Assembly: GCA_963706285.1 (NCBI GenBank)
Contig: CAVPLU010000008.1
Coordinates: 8,435 to 72,434, forward strand
Direction: 5' to 3'
Length of the DNA: 64,000 bases
Source: Candidatus Bathyarchaeota archaeon
GTDB taxonomy: Archaea > Thermoproteota > Bathyarchaeia > 40CM-2-53-6
The notes under the pieces are model-generated. The model saw only the letters and a list, made by a program, of their open reading frames with translations. It did not search any database and was not told where the DNA came from. Position numbers and translations under genes: made by a program. Of the stretch, positions 9,801-19,061 are shown piece by piece; within the stretch, counting starts at the first letter, position 1, and the number at the start of each line of letters is the position of its first letter.

Positions 9801-11082
9801 GAATGTGCTTCAGCGCCTTTCTTCCAATATCCTTTCGGTGATATTCTCCTTCCCAGTGGATTAGGTCAACGGTTTGATAGGCTTCCTCGATCGCTCGCGG
9901 GATCGTGTCTCCTAACGCAGTGACTCCCAACACTCGCCCGCCGTTTGTGACTATGTCTGGTTCTTTGCGACTCGTTCCAGCGTGAAAGACAATTGCGTTC
10001 TTGGTTCGAGCAGCTGCTTTGTCAAGGCCCGTGATCACTTTCCCTTTCTCGTAAGGTCCAGGATAGCCCGATGATGCCATCACGACGCAGACTGCAGCTT
10101 GGGTTGACCATTCAGGATTGGTCATGTCGGTCAGTCGATCGTTGGCGCATGCGTCGAGGTACTGGAAAAGGTCTGATTTCATTCTGGCGAGTACTGGCTG
10201 AGTTTCAGGATCTCCAAACCGGACGTTGAACTCCAAAACATACGGGACACCTTCCGATATCATGAGGCCCAAGTAGAGGGTGCCCTTGTAGTCCAGATTT
10301 GCACTTCTCATTCCGTCGATGAACTTCTCTATTATGTCTCTCTGGATCTTCACCTGCATTTCGCTGTCGACGATAGGAGCGGGAGAGTAGGCGCCCATTC
10401 CTCCGGTGTTGGGTCCCTCGTCACCGTCTAGGATGGGTTTGTGATCTTGCGAGGATGCCAACGGGATGTACTTTCGTGCCTTTGTGTCGACGATCGCCAT
10501 GTATGATGCTTCTTCGCCAACCAGCATGTCTTCAACTATGACTCGTTCGCCTGAGTCGCCAAACCTCTTTTTCACCATCATGTCGTCGATTGCTTCCAGC
10601 GCCATCTTCTCTGTGCGACATACCGCCACGCCTTTTCCGGACGCTAATCCGTCAGCCTTGACAACGATTGGCATTCCTCTGCTCCTCACGTAGTCTGTGG
10701 CGGCTGAGGGGGTTTCGAAGCACTCGAAGTTCGGGTGTGGAATCTTGTTCTGCTTCATGAAACGTCTTGCCCAGATTTTGCTGCCCTCAGCTATTGCCGC
10801 TTCCTTCGTCACTCCATACGCTTTCAAGCCTTCTTTGAGGAAGTAATCGACGATGCCTTTCGTCAGCGGCTCTTCTGGTCCTACTACCGTGAAGCAATTA
10901 TTTCGTCGGGCGAATGCGGCTAGGCTCTCAAAATCTGATGCGTTAATCTGAACGCTGTTCGGTATACCGCCGTTGCCTGGAGCGCAGAAGACTTTCTCGA
11001 TTTGTTTGCTCTGCTGGAGCTTCCAGACCAATGCATGTTCTCTTCCTCCCGATCCTGTAACAAGCACATTGGTCTTACTCAT
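9790..11082 (-). CDS. purD: GAR synthetase
   Basis: 430 aa with VLVTGSGGREHAL and ATP-grasp core motifs. It overlaps the purF stop and the start of the purN-like gene. Confidence 0.94.
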   Translation of the reverse strand: MSKTNVLVTGSGGREHALVWKLQQSKQIEKVFCAPGNGGIPNSVQINASDFESLAAFARRNNCFTVVGPEEPLTKGIVDYFLKEGLKAYGVTKEAAIAEGSKIWARRFMKQNKIPHPNFECFETPSAATDYVRSRGMPIVVKADGLASGKGVAVCRTEKMALEAIDDMMVKKRFGDSGERVIVEDMLVGEEASYMAIVDTKARKYIPLASSQDHKPILDGDEGPNTGGMGAYSPAPIVDSEMQVKIQRDIIEKFIDGMRSANLDYKGTLYLGLMISEGVPYVLEFNVRFGDPETQPVLARMKSDLFQYLDACANDRLTDMTNPEWSTQAAVCVVMASSGYPGPYEKGKVITGLDKAAARTKNAIVFHAGTSRKEPDIVTNGGRVLGVTALGDTIPRAIEEAYQTVDLIHWEGEYHRKDIGRKALKHILAA

Positions 11083-12562
11083 TGGGAAGTTCGCGCTCCC
11101 AATATCTGCGCTTGTCTTCTCCTCCCATTTTCTTCTTCATCGTATCTGAAATCTTCTGTGCGAGAGGGGTTGGATATTCTCCTGTGAGGCAGGCCATGCA
11201 GAGTTTGTTTCGATCAAAGCCTATCGCATTCACCAGCCCCTCGATCCTTTGGTAGCAGACGCGATCGGCATTCAATGTCTTCTCAATCTCGGGAAGGGTC
11301 TTCGATACAGCGATGAGTTCTGCATGAGTGGAGATATCGATCCCGTAGAAGCATGGAGAGACTATTGGAGGGCAAGTAATCCAGAACTCTACGCTTTTTG
11401 GTTTCGCGGCTCTGACTAGGCTGAGGATTTTGCGGGAAGTTGTCCCTCTCACGACACTATCGTCAACAACTATCACTTTCTTATCTTTCAGGACAGACTT
11501 CACTGTGTTCAGTTTCAGGGCTACCCCGTTTTCTCTTCTGGTTTGACCAGGCATTATGAATGTGCGGCCGATGTAGCGGTTCTTGATCAGTCCCTCTGAT
11601 GCTTCTATTCCAGTGCTTCTCGCTATGCCTTCCACGGCCGGTCTGGCTGTGTCAGGTACTGGAACGACCACGTCCGCCTCAGTTTTGTAAGCCTTCGCCA
11701 GTTCTTCACCTAGTTTCACTCGGATGGGGTAGACTTCTTTGCCGTTTATGGTTGAGTCTGGTCTGCTGAAGTACACGTATTCGAACATGCAGTGTGCTGT
11801 TCTTTCGCAGGGCACAACTGCTTGTCTCTCAACTTCTCCGCATGCATTGGCTGTGACAAGTTCCCCTGGCTTCACGTCAGAAACTAATTCAGCTCCCACG
11901 GCGTCTAGGCCAACGCTCTCAGAGGCGAAGAAAGTTGTGTCTCCTCTCTTTCCGTAGCATAGTGGTCTGAAGCCGTAGGGATCTCTGAACGCAATTACTT
12001 CTTTCTCACCTGTAATCGCTACTGCAGAATATGCTCCTTCCATGGCCAACGCAAATCTCGAAACTGCCTTCTCCGTATCTCGTGTTTCAGACAGTTCCTT
12101 AGCTAGATATCCTAGGATGACCTCGGCGTCAGAGTCTGAATCCAAGAATCGCTTCTGATCCGTCAACCCCCGTCGCAAGTTGACATAGTTCACCAAGTTG
12201 CCGTTGTGACAAAGCGCTATCCCTCCCTTGGGATAATTGACAAAGAACGGTTGAAGCGCAGTCTCCATAAGCTCTTGGTGAGAGTCAGTACGCACTCTTG
12301 GGTCAAGCGGGGAAAGCCCGGTTGTAGAATACCTGACGTGTCCGATTCCATATGTGCCGCGCAACGACGCGAAATTGTCGATCTCATCTATCAGGCCAAG
12401 CGTCTTTCGATGGTGGAATTTGGATCCGTCGAAAGTGAAGACTCCATGTCCCTCTTGGCCTCTATGTTGAAGAGCTAACATCGCATGCCAGAGATCACCA
12501 ATCACTTCAGCGCTCCCGCTGCTGGCACCCACAACTCCACATGATTCCTTGGGGCCAGTCAT
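11075..12562 (-). CDS. purF: Amidophosphoribosyltransferase
   Basis: MTGPKES|CGVVG gives a propeptide plus the N-terminal nucleophile Cys if ATG 12562 is the start. PRPP loop VIVVDDSVVRGTT. The 61 codons upstream in the ORF track have no PurF-like sequence. Confidence 0.9.
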   Translation of the reverse strand: MTGPKESCGVVGASSGSAEVIGDLWHAMLALQHRGQEGHGVFTFDGSKFHHRKTLGLIDEIDNFASLRGTYGIGHVRYSTTGLSPLDPRVRTDSHQELMETALQPFFVNYPKGGIALCHNGNLVNYVNLRRGLTDQKRFLDSDSDAEVILGYLAKELSETRDTEKAVSRFALAMEGAYSAVAITGEKEVIAFRDPYGFRPLCYGKRGDTTFFASESVGLDAVGAELVSDVKPGELVTANACGEVERQAVVPCERTAHCMFEYVYFSRPDSTINGKEVYPIRVKLGEELAKAYKTEADVVVPVPDTARPAVEGIARSTGIEASEGLIKNRYIGRTFIMPGQTRRENGVALKLNTVKSVLKDKKVIVVDDSVVRGTTSRKILSLVRAAKPKSVEFWITCPPIVSPCFYGIDISTHAELIAVSKTLPEIEKTLNADRVCYQRIEGLVNAIGFDRNKLCMACLTGEYPTPLAQKISDTMKKKMGGEDKRRYWERELPNE

Positions 12563-13134
12563 CCATAGCACTTCGGTTGAGGTAATAGTCTGGGTAACAA
12601 TATTATCGCAACATTCCGTTCGAGGGCCCTCGGGTTTGTTCGCAGACTCAGAAAAGCTTTCTTCATACCGCAGAACGGTGTCAGCGATGTCATTGGAATG
12701 CGAAACAACAGATTTTGAATCTGCGTGTGCTGCATGAAGTTGCATGAAATGACTTTCTCTATACCGCGTGAGTAGATTAGGTCAAGATCATTTCTCGGAA
12801 CGGTACGTTTAGACGAGGAAGATGACGATTCAGGTTCAGGTGTCAGCAACAAAAAGTGCAACACCACGAATCGCAAATCAGAATCTCGTTGGCTTTTCGC
12901 CGTTCTAACAGAGTTGTCCTCACGCTGTCGAAAGCGTCGAGTAGTCGATGCGAGCACCCGGCGCTTCCGGGTCCGGGAATCTCAGAGTGACGGTCCGTGA
13001 GGATCATTGGCATGATCTTGTGTATATTCGAGTCATCTGATAAACTTTCTATGCAAAAACCTGTCTGCTGTCTATTCACAATCACAGGACTGGCGCCACC
13101 CAATACCGATGCTGTCTAGAATCCCTGTAATTGA

Positions 13135-13467
13135 GCTGGAACGCCCCTAGCGAGCATTGTAGGCGCGTATTTGGCCCTTTCACCCCACGCATTTCAGGCA
13201 GAGAATATTACCGCCGGAAGAGGTTTCATCGCTGTCGCAATGGTATACTTTGAGAAATGGCGTCCAGCAAGAGCGTTCTTTGGAACTCTCCTCTTCGGCG
13301 CAGCATACCTGCTTGGTGCTTTCTTCCAAGTTGTCGGATCAATCATTCCCTACTATTTCCTCCTAATGGTGCCCTATGTTCTCACTCTAGTGGCCCTGGT
13401 CGGTATCGCTCGGGGTGCACGAGCCCCCTCAGCACTTCGTGTACCTTACAACAGAGAGGGCGGATAA
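13135..13467 (+). pseudogene. 3' remnant of a BMP-family (nucleoside/sugar) ABC transporter permease
   Basis: Only the last ~110 codons are present (...GAYLALSPHAFQAENITAGRGFIAVAMVYFEKWRP...PYVLTLVALVG...). The frame is closed by TGA at 13132. I found no permease-like sequence in any frame upstream. Confidence 0.6.
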
Positions 13468-13575
13468 CCACACTCAAATCGTTCAACAAAACTGGATCCA
13501 GCACCGATCAGCTAGAATACTCTCAAGTCCTCGTAGAGAAGTGGAGATCTCGACCAAGTCACGGAGCTGAAACAG

Positions 13576-14826
13576 ATGGCGTATGTGACTGGACTCATTT
13601 GTACAAGATGCGGGAGATCGTACTCGCCGAAGGATCATGTGCTCACATGCAGGGAAGATGAAGGAAGACTAGACGTAGAGTACGATTACGATTCGATGGC
13701 GAACAAGATCAGTCGAGAAGCATTTGAACGCCGCAAAGGCGGGCTGTGGAAATATCATGAGCTTCTGCCGATTGAGAATGAAGAGAATATTGTGACTCTT
13801 GGAGAAGTCCAGACTCCGCTCATTCGATGTAAGAATTTGGGCAAGATTCTTGGAATGAGGCGCCTGTACCTCAAGGATGAGACAAAGAACCCGACAGCCT
13901 CATTCAAGGATCGCCCTATGACGGTTGGCGTATCGAAGGCTGTTGAGCTGGGATTCAATACGACCGTCTCAGCTTCGAGCGGGAACGCGGCCGCGGCGCT
14001 AGCAGCCTACTCCGCTCGGGCAGGACTCGCATGCTACACCTTTGTCCCGGAGAAAGCGAGTCAGGGCAAGATAGCTCAGCTCAGTATGTTCGGTGCACAC
14101 GTCGTCAGACTGAGAGGACTAGAAAGCGGTGTCGACCCCACAGTCACCATGTTAAGACTCGTCTGCAAACGGTTCGGTTGGTATCCCTGCCCAAGCTTTG
14201 CGCTCTTCAATCCATATCAGGCGGAGGGACCGAAGACCATGTCATACGAGATTGCTGAACAGCTTGGCTGGACGACACCTGACTGGGTGTTCGCGGGAGT
14301 CGGCAGCGGCGCCCTGCTCGCCGGAAACTGGAAGGGTTTCCGTGAATTCAAACGCCTTGGTCTCGTGAAAGGTGCACCTCGCATGGTTGCTGTCCAATCT
14401 ACTGGGTGTGCACCAGTTGTCAGGGCATTTGAGGAGCAGATGGACCCAAACAAGATAGTGCCATGGGAACATCCAGATTCAATCGCGACGGGCTTGATGG
14501 ATCCTCTTCCGTGGGACGGGGATGCCGCACTGAAAGCGCTGCACGATTCATCAGGCACGGCCGTGAAAGTCACGAACGAAGAGATACTTGACGCACAGAG
14601 AACCCTAGCAAAGACCGAAGGAATATTCGCAGAACCCTCTGGAGTCGCAGTCCTGGCAGGTCTTACAAGACTGAGAAATCAGGGCGCGGTCGCAAGCGAT
14701 GACTGCGTAGTACTCGAGATTACAGGTAGTGGTTTGAAAGACTTGAACGTGATCGGATCAGCAGAGGCTCCGTTGATTGATCCAAACATCGAAGACCTGA
14801 AGAGAGTCCTCAAGCTGAGGGCGTAA
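13576..14826 (+). CDS. thrC: Threonine synthase
   Basis: 416 aa with an N-terminal CxxC Zn-ribbon-like segment, PLP-lysine context SFKDRPM, and SASSGNAAAALAAY. GGAG lies upstream of the ATG. Confidence 0.88.
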   Translation: MAYVTGLICTRCGRSYSPKDHVLTCREDEGRLDVEYDYDSMANKISREAFERRKGGLWKYHELLPIENEENIVTLGEVQTPLIRCKNLGKILGMRRLYLKDETKNPTASFKDRPMTVGVSKAVELGFNTTVSASSGNAAAALAAYSARAGLACYTFVPEKASQGKIAQLSMFGAHVVRLRGLESGVDPTVTMLRLVCKRFGWYPCPSFALFNPYQAEGPKTMSYEIAEQLGWTTPDWVFAGVGSGALLAGNWKGFREFKRLGLVKGAPRMVAVQSTGCAPVVRAFEEQMDPNKIVPWEHPDSIATGLMDPLPWDGDAALKALHDSSGTAVKVTNEEILDAQRTLAKTEGIFAEPSGVAVLAGLTRLRNQGAVASDDCVVLEITGSGLKDLNVIGSAEAPLIDPNIEDLKRVLKLRA

Positions 14827-14857
14827 CGGTCACAGGTTCCTCGCGTCTGCTCATCTC

Positions 14858-14885
14858 GATTTTCTCTTCTAAGAATAGGTTTTTT
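14858..14885 (+). terminator. Pyrimidine-rich tract ending in T6, candidate archaeal terminator after thrC
   Basis: gattttctcttct...ggtttttt lies 30-60 nt after the thrC stop. Archaeal termination commonly uses oligo-T. Confidence 0.3.
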
Positions 14886-14932
14886 GATGAGCGCTCTAAA
14901 AGCGGCACCTCTTTCCCGGAGGGCGGCACCTC

Positions 14933-15946
14933 TTATTTCTCATCCATCGTCAGGGCAAGCACGGCCATTTTTGTGTAGAGGCCGTTTTCGGCTTGCGGAT
15001 AGATCCGAGAATGAGGTCCGTCCATGACGGCGTCGCTTGCCTCCTCTCCCCTCAGCACTGGGAGAACATGCAGGACTATCGCTCGTTTGCTGGCTAGGTC
15101 TAGGGTTTGCTCGGTTAGCGACCAGTGTCTGTATTTTTCATGCAATGCTGCTTCGCGTCCCTTTCCGAAGTTGGTGGCTCCAACTTGGAGTAGTTCCTTG
15201 CTCGCCCAGTTTCTAGGAAATATCGCGTCTGCGCCTTCGAGTGCGGTCTTCAGATCATGTGAAATGTTGAAGCTTCCGCCGGATGCTGCCGCGTTCTCTG
15301 AGCATGTAGCAATTATCTTTTCGTCAATTTCGAATCCTTCAGGGTGCGCCAACACCACGTCATAACCAAAACGAGAGGTGATGAGGGCGTCTTCTTGTAT
15401 GCTGCATCTTCCGCGAAAGCCCTTCGAGTAGGCCCACATTATGACATACTTCTTGCGTTTCTTTGTGCCAAATTCGTCACGCAATGTCATCAGGTCAGCG
15501 AGCCCTTGAGTCGGATGGTATGTGCAACAGGCCATGTTGATTACTGGGATGCTCGCGTGTTTGGCATATTCTCTTACGACAGCGATCCCGCGTCCGTAGA
15601 CATAGTCGATCACATCGTCAAGAATCCTTACGCCCAATCCATGACCGTACCGCTCGTACATCTTCGCAACATCTCTGACAGCTTCCCCCGAACCGAGACG
15701 AGTGGTGGAAGCATCGATGTACTGAGCGTGGCCGCCAAGGTAGGTCATTCCAGCTTCGAAAGCGGCTCGCGTACGCGTAGAGGACGCATAGAACAATGCA
15801 AAGAACGTCTTGTTTCGTAACAATGGAGTAGTGTGATTCTTCCGGTGTTTCTCTCTGAAGCTGCGTGCGAGACGCAGACTCGTCTCAAGCTCCTCTATGC
15901 TCCAGTCCTGAGTCGTTATCAAGTCTCGACCTGAGAGATCTGCCAA
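14933..15946 (-). CDS. Carbamoyltransferase of the knotted AOTCase/SOTCase/YgeW clade; substrate not assignable
   Basis: 337 aa with SSTRTR and HPTQ. It has IFPRNWAS in place of the OTCase DxxxSMG motif and HVLP in place of HCLP. TTG start preceded by GAGAGG. Confidence 0.85.
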   Translation of the reverse strand: MADLSGRDLITTQDWSIEELETSLRLARSFREKHRKNHTTPLLRNKTFFALFYASSTRTRAAFEAGMTYLGGHAQYIDASTTRLGSGEAVRDVAKMYERYGHGLGVRILDDVIDYVYGRGIAVVREYAKHASIPVINMACCTYHPTQGLADLMTLRDEFGTKKRKKYVIMWAYSKGFRGRCSIQEDALITSRFGYDVVLAHPEGFEIDEKIIATCSENAAASGGSFNISHDLKTALEGADAIFPRNWASKELLQVGATNFGKGREAALHEKYRHWSLTEQTLDLASKRAIVLHVLPVLRGEEASDAVMDGPHSRIYPQAENGLYTKMAVLALTMDEK

Positions 15947-16099
15947 CGTCCTCTCATTCTCCTACTGGCTCTGGTGTGGAACGCCCAGCTGTCTCGCTCT
16001 AAAGAATTGCGTGAAATCTATGATCGATGTAGGGAGTGGATGCAAGCTTGATAAGTGGTACTAGCTCAATCTGAGCACTCCCTCGGAGTGCGGGTCTGG

Positions 16100-17059
16100 T
16101 TGCCCGGTAATGGCATAGTAGTTGTAGCGCTCGGCGGCAACGCGATTCTCAGACGAGGCGAGAAGGGTACATTCGAAGAGCAGTACCGGAACGTCTGCGA
16201 CACTGTGAAGCGCATCGCGGATCTTGTGCAGAGCGGGTACCAGGTCGTAGTGACTCATGGCAATGGGCCGCAAGTCGGAGCAACAGTCCTGAGACATGAA
16301 GCTGCGAAGAATATTGTCCCTCCGTTTCCTTTGGATGCGTGTGGTGCGGAGACGCAGGGTTTCATCGGTTACATGATCCAGCAGGCTCTTCGAAACGAGC
16401 TGAAAGAAGCGCGGCTTGGACAGGTACATTGTGACACTGGTTACTAGAGTCATTGTCGATCCAGACGACGAGGCGTTCAAGAATCCAACAAAGCCCGTCG
16501 GTCCGTTCTATACGAAGGAAGAAGCGGAGAAGATCCGCTCTCAGCGGCCCGATCTTGTTGTGAAAGAAGACGCCGGCAGAGGCTACCGCAGGATGGTCCC
16601 GTCTCCAGATCCGAAGATAATTGCCGAGCGACTCGCCATAAGAGCCTTGGTTGACAAAGGTTTCGTTGTCGTCGCGTGTGGCGGTGGAGGTATCCCAATC
16701 GTGGAGGAAGGCACTCAGGCTCGAGGTGTTGAGGCCGTAATCGACAAGGATCTTGCAGGACAGAGATTGGCCACACTTGATAGGTGCTTCAGTTTTTGTG
16801 ATTCTCACCGATATTGACGGTGCATATCTGAACTTTGGCACTCCTGAGCAAACGTTGATCGAGCATGCAACTCCTGAACAATTGGAGCAGTACACGAAAG
16901 AAGGCCACTTCAAAGAAGGCAGTATGTCACCTAAGATCGCGGCCGTCACTGAGATTTGTTCAAGAGGGTGGGCAGAGAGCCATCATAGCTGAACTGAGCA
17001 AGCTCAGGGAAGCTATGCAGGGAAAAAGTGGAACTCAGGTAACGCGAGCAAGAACGTAA
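16100..17059 (+). pseudogene. arcC: Carbamate kinase interrupted by three +1 frame breaks
   Basis: Four consecutive frames (2,0,1,2) carry VVVALGGNAI...THGNGPQVG | [28 protein letters not shown]...GGGGIP | [19 protein letters not shown]...GSMSPKIAAVT | RFVQEGGQRAIIAEL. The breaks are at about 16425, 16779 and 16951. Confidence 0.85.
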
Positions 17060-17150
17060 GCCATCTCACGGCCGGTTACAGGCCGTCAGAGCAACGATTG
17101 TACTGGTCGCTCGCGATTCTCTGACTAGTACTGGAATTGGGACACAATCA

Positions 17151-17420
17151 TCAGCAGATGAGCAAGCATCGCCCGACATGATACTCGCCACGCGGAGGCG
17201 AGGGTGCAGGGCAACAATATGGCTCGTATGCAAACGGCGCACCATACATCATAGGCGAGCAACAATTCATCGGCCCCATGAACGCGGTAGGTGGAGGACA
17301 GCAAGTCGGTTGGGCATAGTATTGTGGGGTTGTTGGCATATAGTACTGTGGGACGGTATAGTATGTCGCCGTGGTTGGAACTGGAGTCGCGAACGCTGAA
17401 AGCGGGGTAACCCACATCAT
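17151..17420 (-). CDS. Hypothetical small Pro/Tyr/Thr-rich protein with three Cys-Cys doublets
   Basis: 89-aa ORF in an otherwise empty 570-nt gap. It has low complexity (CCPPP, NCCSP, YCCPAP). I recognise no homologue. Confidence 0.25.
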   Translation of the reverse strand: MMWVTPLSAFATPVPTTATYYTVPQYYMPTTPQYYAQPTCCPPPTAFMGPMNCCSPMMYGAPFAYEPYCCPAPSPPRGEYHVGRCLLIC

Positions 17421-17732
17421 TGGTCCTGTGAAAAGTAGTACATGATTATCAATCTCTGATGTTAGGCATCCCGCGTCGAAAGTTAAAGATATCTGGACAT
17501 GTTCTCGGAACCCTGCTATTCCAACTCAAAAAAAATATGGTTCGATGCGGCCATTGACACACCTCAGTAAATGACCATTCCCAGACGATGCAAACTTTTT
17601 CTCAGGAACATCCTCGGCCGAAGTTAGCGAGCTGCAATGCATGGATTCTTCAGAAGCTGTCGATGTCCTAATAGCCGAGAACATCATCTGCTGGCTGGAT
17701 CAAATCTGACCGAGCAACAGCAGGCGTCAGTA

Positions 17733-18401
17733 ATGCCTTTGAAAGCGATACTCATTGACATGGATGGAACGATCACCAAATTCAACCTCGACTACATGTG
17801 GATGCGCCGAGCCGCATTGCAGATGCTTGAAGAGGCAGGTCTCTCGCGTCCGAACTTCGGCGACCAAATGAGCATCTACGCTATGCTCAATGAACTACGA
17901 GGTTCAATCCCTGACGAGAAATTCGACGAGATGAGGAAACGCATCTATGACAGGGTTAGGACGATCGAGGTTAATGCGGCTGGGCATGCTGAGGTGATGC
18001 CAGGCGCGAAAGAGGCTCTAAACGAACTCAGGCAAATGAAGAAGAAGATAGTCATCGTCACAAACAACGGAAGGTTGGGCACAGATCGAACCCTTGAGAG
18101 ACTAGATCTGCTTGCTATGTTCGACGCGGTCCTTACGAGGGACGACGTTGATGAACTGAAGCCGGATCCAAGGATGTTGTTGAAGGCCTTGAATTTGGCG
18201 GGCGTGAAGGCAGATGAGGCCATCTTTGTTGGCGACGCTATCATCGACATTAAGGCCGCCAAGGCGGCGTCGGTCAGGTGTGTAGCTGTTCCAAGTGGCC
18301 CCTTTCCTGCAACTCGGCTAATGCAGGAAGAGCCAGATTTCATCGTTGGGTCCTTGCTGGATGTCCCTGAGCTCGTGCGGCGCCTCGACCAAAGCGCCTA
18401 G
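17733..18401 (+). CDS. HAD-superfamily phosphatase (phosphoglycolate-phosphatase-like)
   Basis: MPLKAILIDMDGTIT (DxDGT), VTNNG and VGDAIIDIKAAKAA motifs. ATG 17733 is preferred over the longer ORF from 17637. Confidence 0.8.
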   Translation: MPLKAILIDMDGTITKFNLDYMWMRRAALQMLEEAGLSRPNFGDQMSIYAMLNELRGSIPDEKFDEMRKRIYDRVRTIEVNAAGHAEVMPGAKEALNELRQMKKKIVIVTNNGRLGTDRTLERLDLLAMFDAVLTRDDVDELKPDPRMLLKALNLAGVKADEAIFVGDAIIDIKAAKAASVRCVAVPSGPFPATRLMQEEPDFIVGSLLDVPELVRRLDQSA

Positions 18402-18474
18402 GCCGTAGCCATCGTGTAGGGTGGCAAGGCATATTCTTATCTTGATACTTGATACGAATTTACCTGAGATAACT

Positions 18475-18909
18475 TTGTTCTCCAAGATTCTGGTAGCCCT
18501 TGACGGCTCCGAGTTTTCCCTGAAGGCTTTAGAATTCGCCATCGACCTCGGAAAGAAGTACCGAAGTCAACTGATTCTGGTTCATGTTGTTATCCGGCAG
18601 ATATACGCGATTAACCCTCCCGAGGCGGGTATCCTGGCCGGCACCGCCATCGTTCGGGAGCTTGAGACGGAAGGAAAAGCGATTCTTGCAAGAGGGGAAG
18701 AGACTGTGAAAGCCCAAGGGATTCCGGTGGAGACTCGATTGAAACAGGGAGTGCCCGCGGAAGAGCTCCTCCATGCAGCCGCCGACGAAAAAGTGGATCT
18801 CATAGTGTTAGGCAGCCGCGGACTCTCTCAGGTCAAGGCTTTCCTGCTCGGGAGCGTTTCAGACAAGGTAAGTCACCACGCGAAGTGCCCAGCCCTGATT
18901 GTACGGTAG
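18475..18909 (+). CDS. Universal stress protein (UspA family)
   Basis: KILVALDGSEFS...LIVLGSRGLS...GSVSDKVSHHAKCPALIV. TTG 18475 gives a typical 144-aa length. The ORF track starts at GTG 18421. Confidence 0.85.
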   Translation: MFSKILVALDGSEFSLKALEFAIDLGKKYRSQLILVHVVIRQIYAINPPEAGILAGTAIVRELETEGKAILARGEETVKAQGIPVETRLKQGVPAEELLHAAADEKVDLIVLGSRGLSQVKAFLLGSVSDKVSHHAKCPALIVR

Positions 18910-19001
18910 CCCAGCAGGAAACAGGCTTCAGATTCCAAGCCCGGAAACCTATCCTGCTCCGTTTTCCCTCAATATGATGCCTCAACGCGTTCTTGGCTTT
19001 C

Positions 19002-19015
19002 AAAAAACTTAATAC
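19002..19015 (+). promoter_or_regulatory. Candidate BRE/TATA element for the thermosome gene
   Basis: aaaaaacttaatac lies about 50 nt upstream of ATG 19062. GGTGA lies 5 nt before the ATG. Confidence 0.25.
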
Positions 19016-19061
19016 GGCCGCCCTTAGGCGATCATGTCTCATCATTTCATAGGTGAATAAA

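Noticed and set aside
12563-12745. N-terminal extensions proposed by the ORF track for purF, and similarly for hisC (57937-58080), the phosphohexomutase (24101-24136), the HAD gene (17637-17732), the DUF4062 gene (42553-42741), pmbA (34137-34271) and the thermosome (19053-19061).
   Set aside because: The extensions overlap upstream genes or lack family-like sequence. Internal starts restore canonical N-termini, often with a GGAGG/GGTG-type motif upstream.
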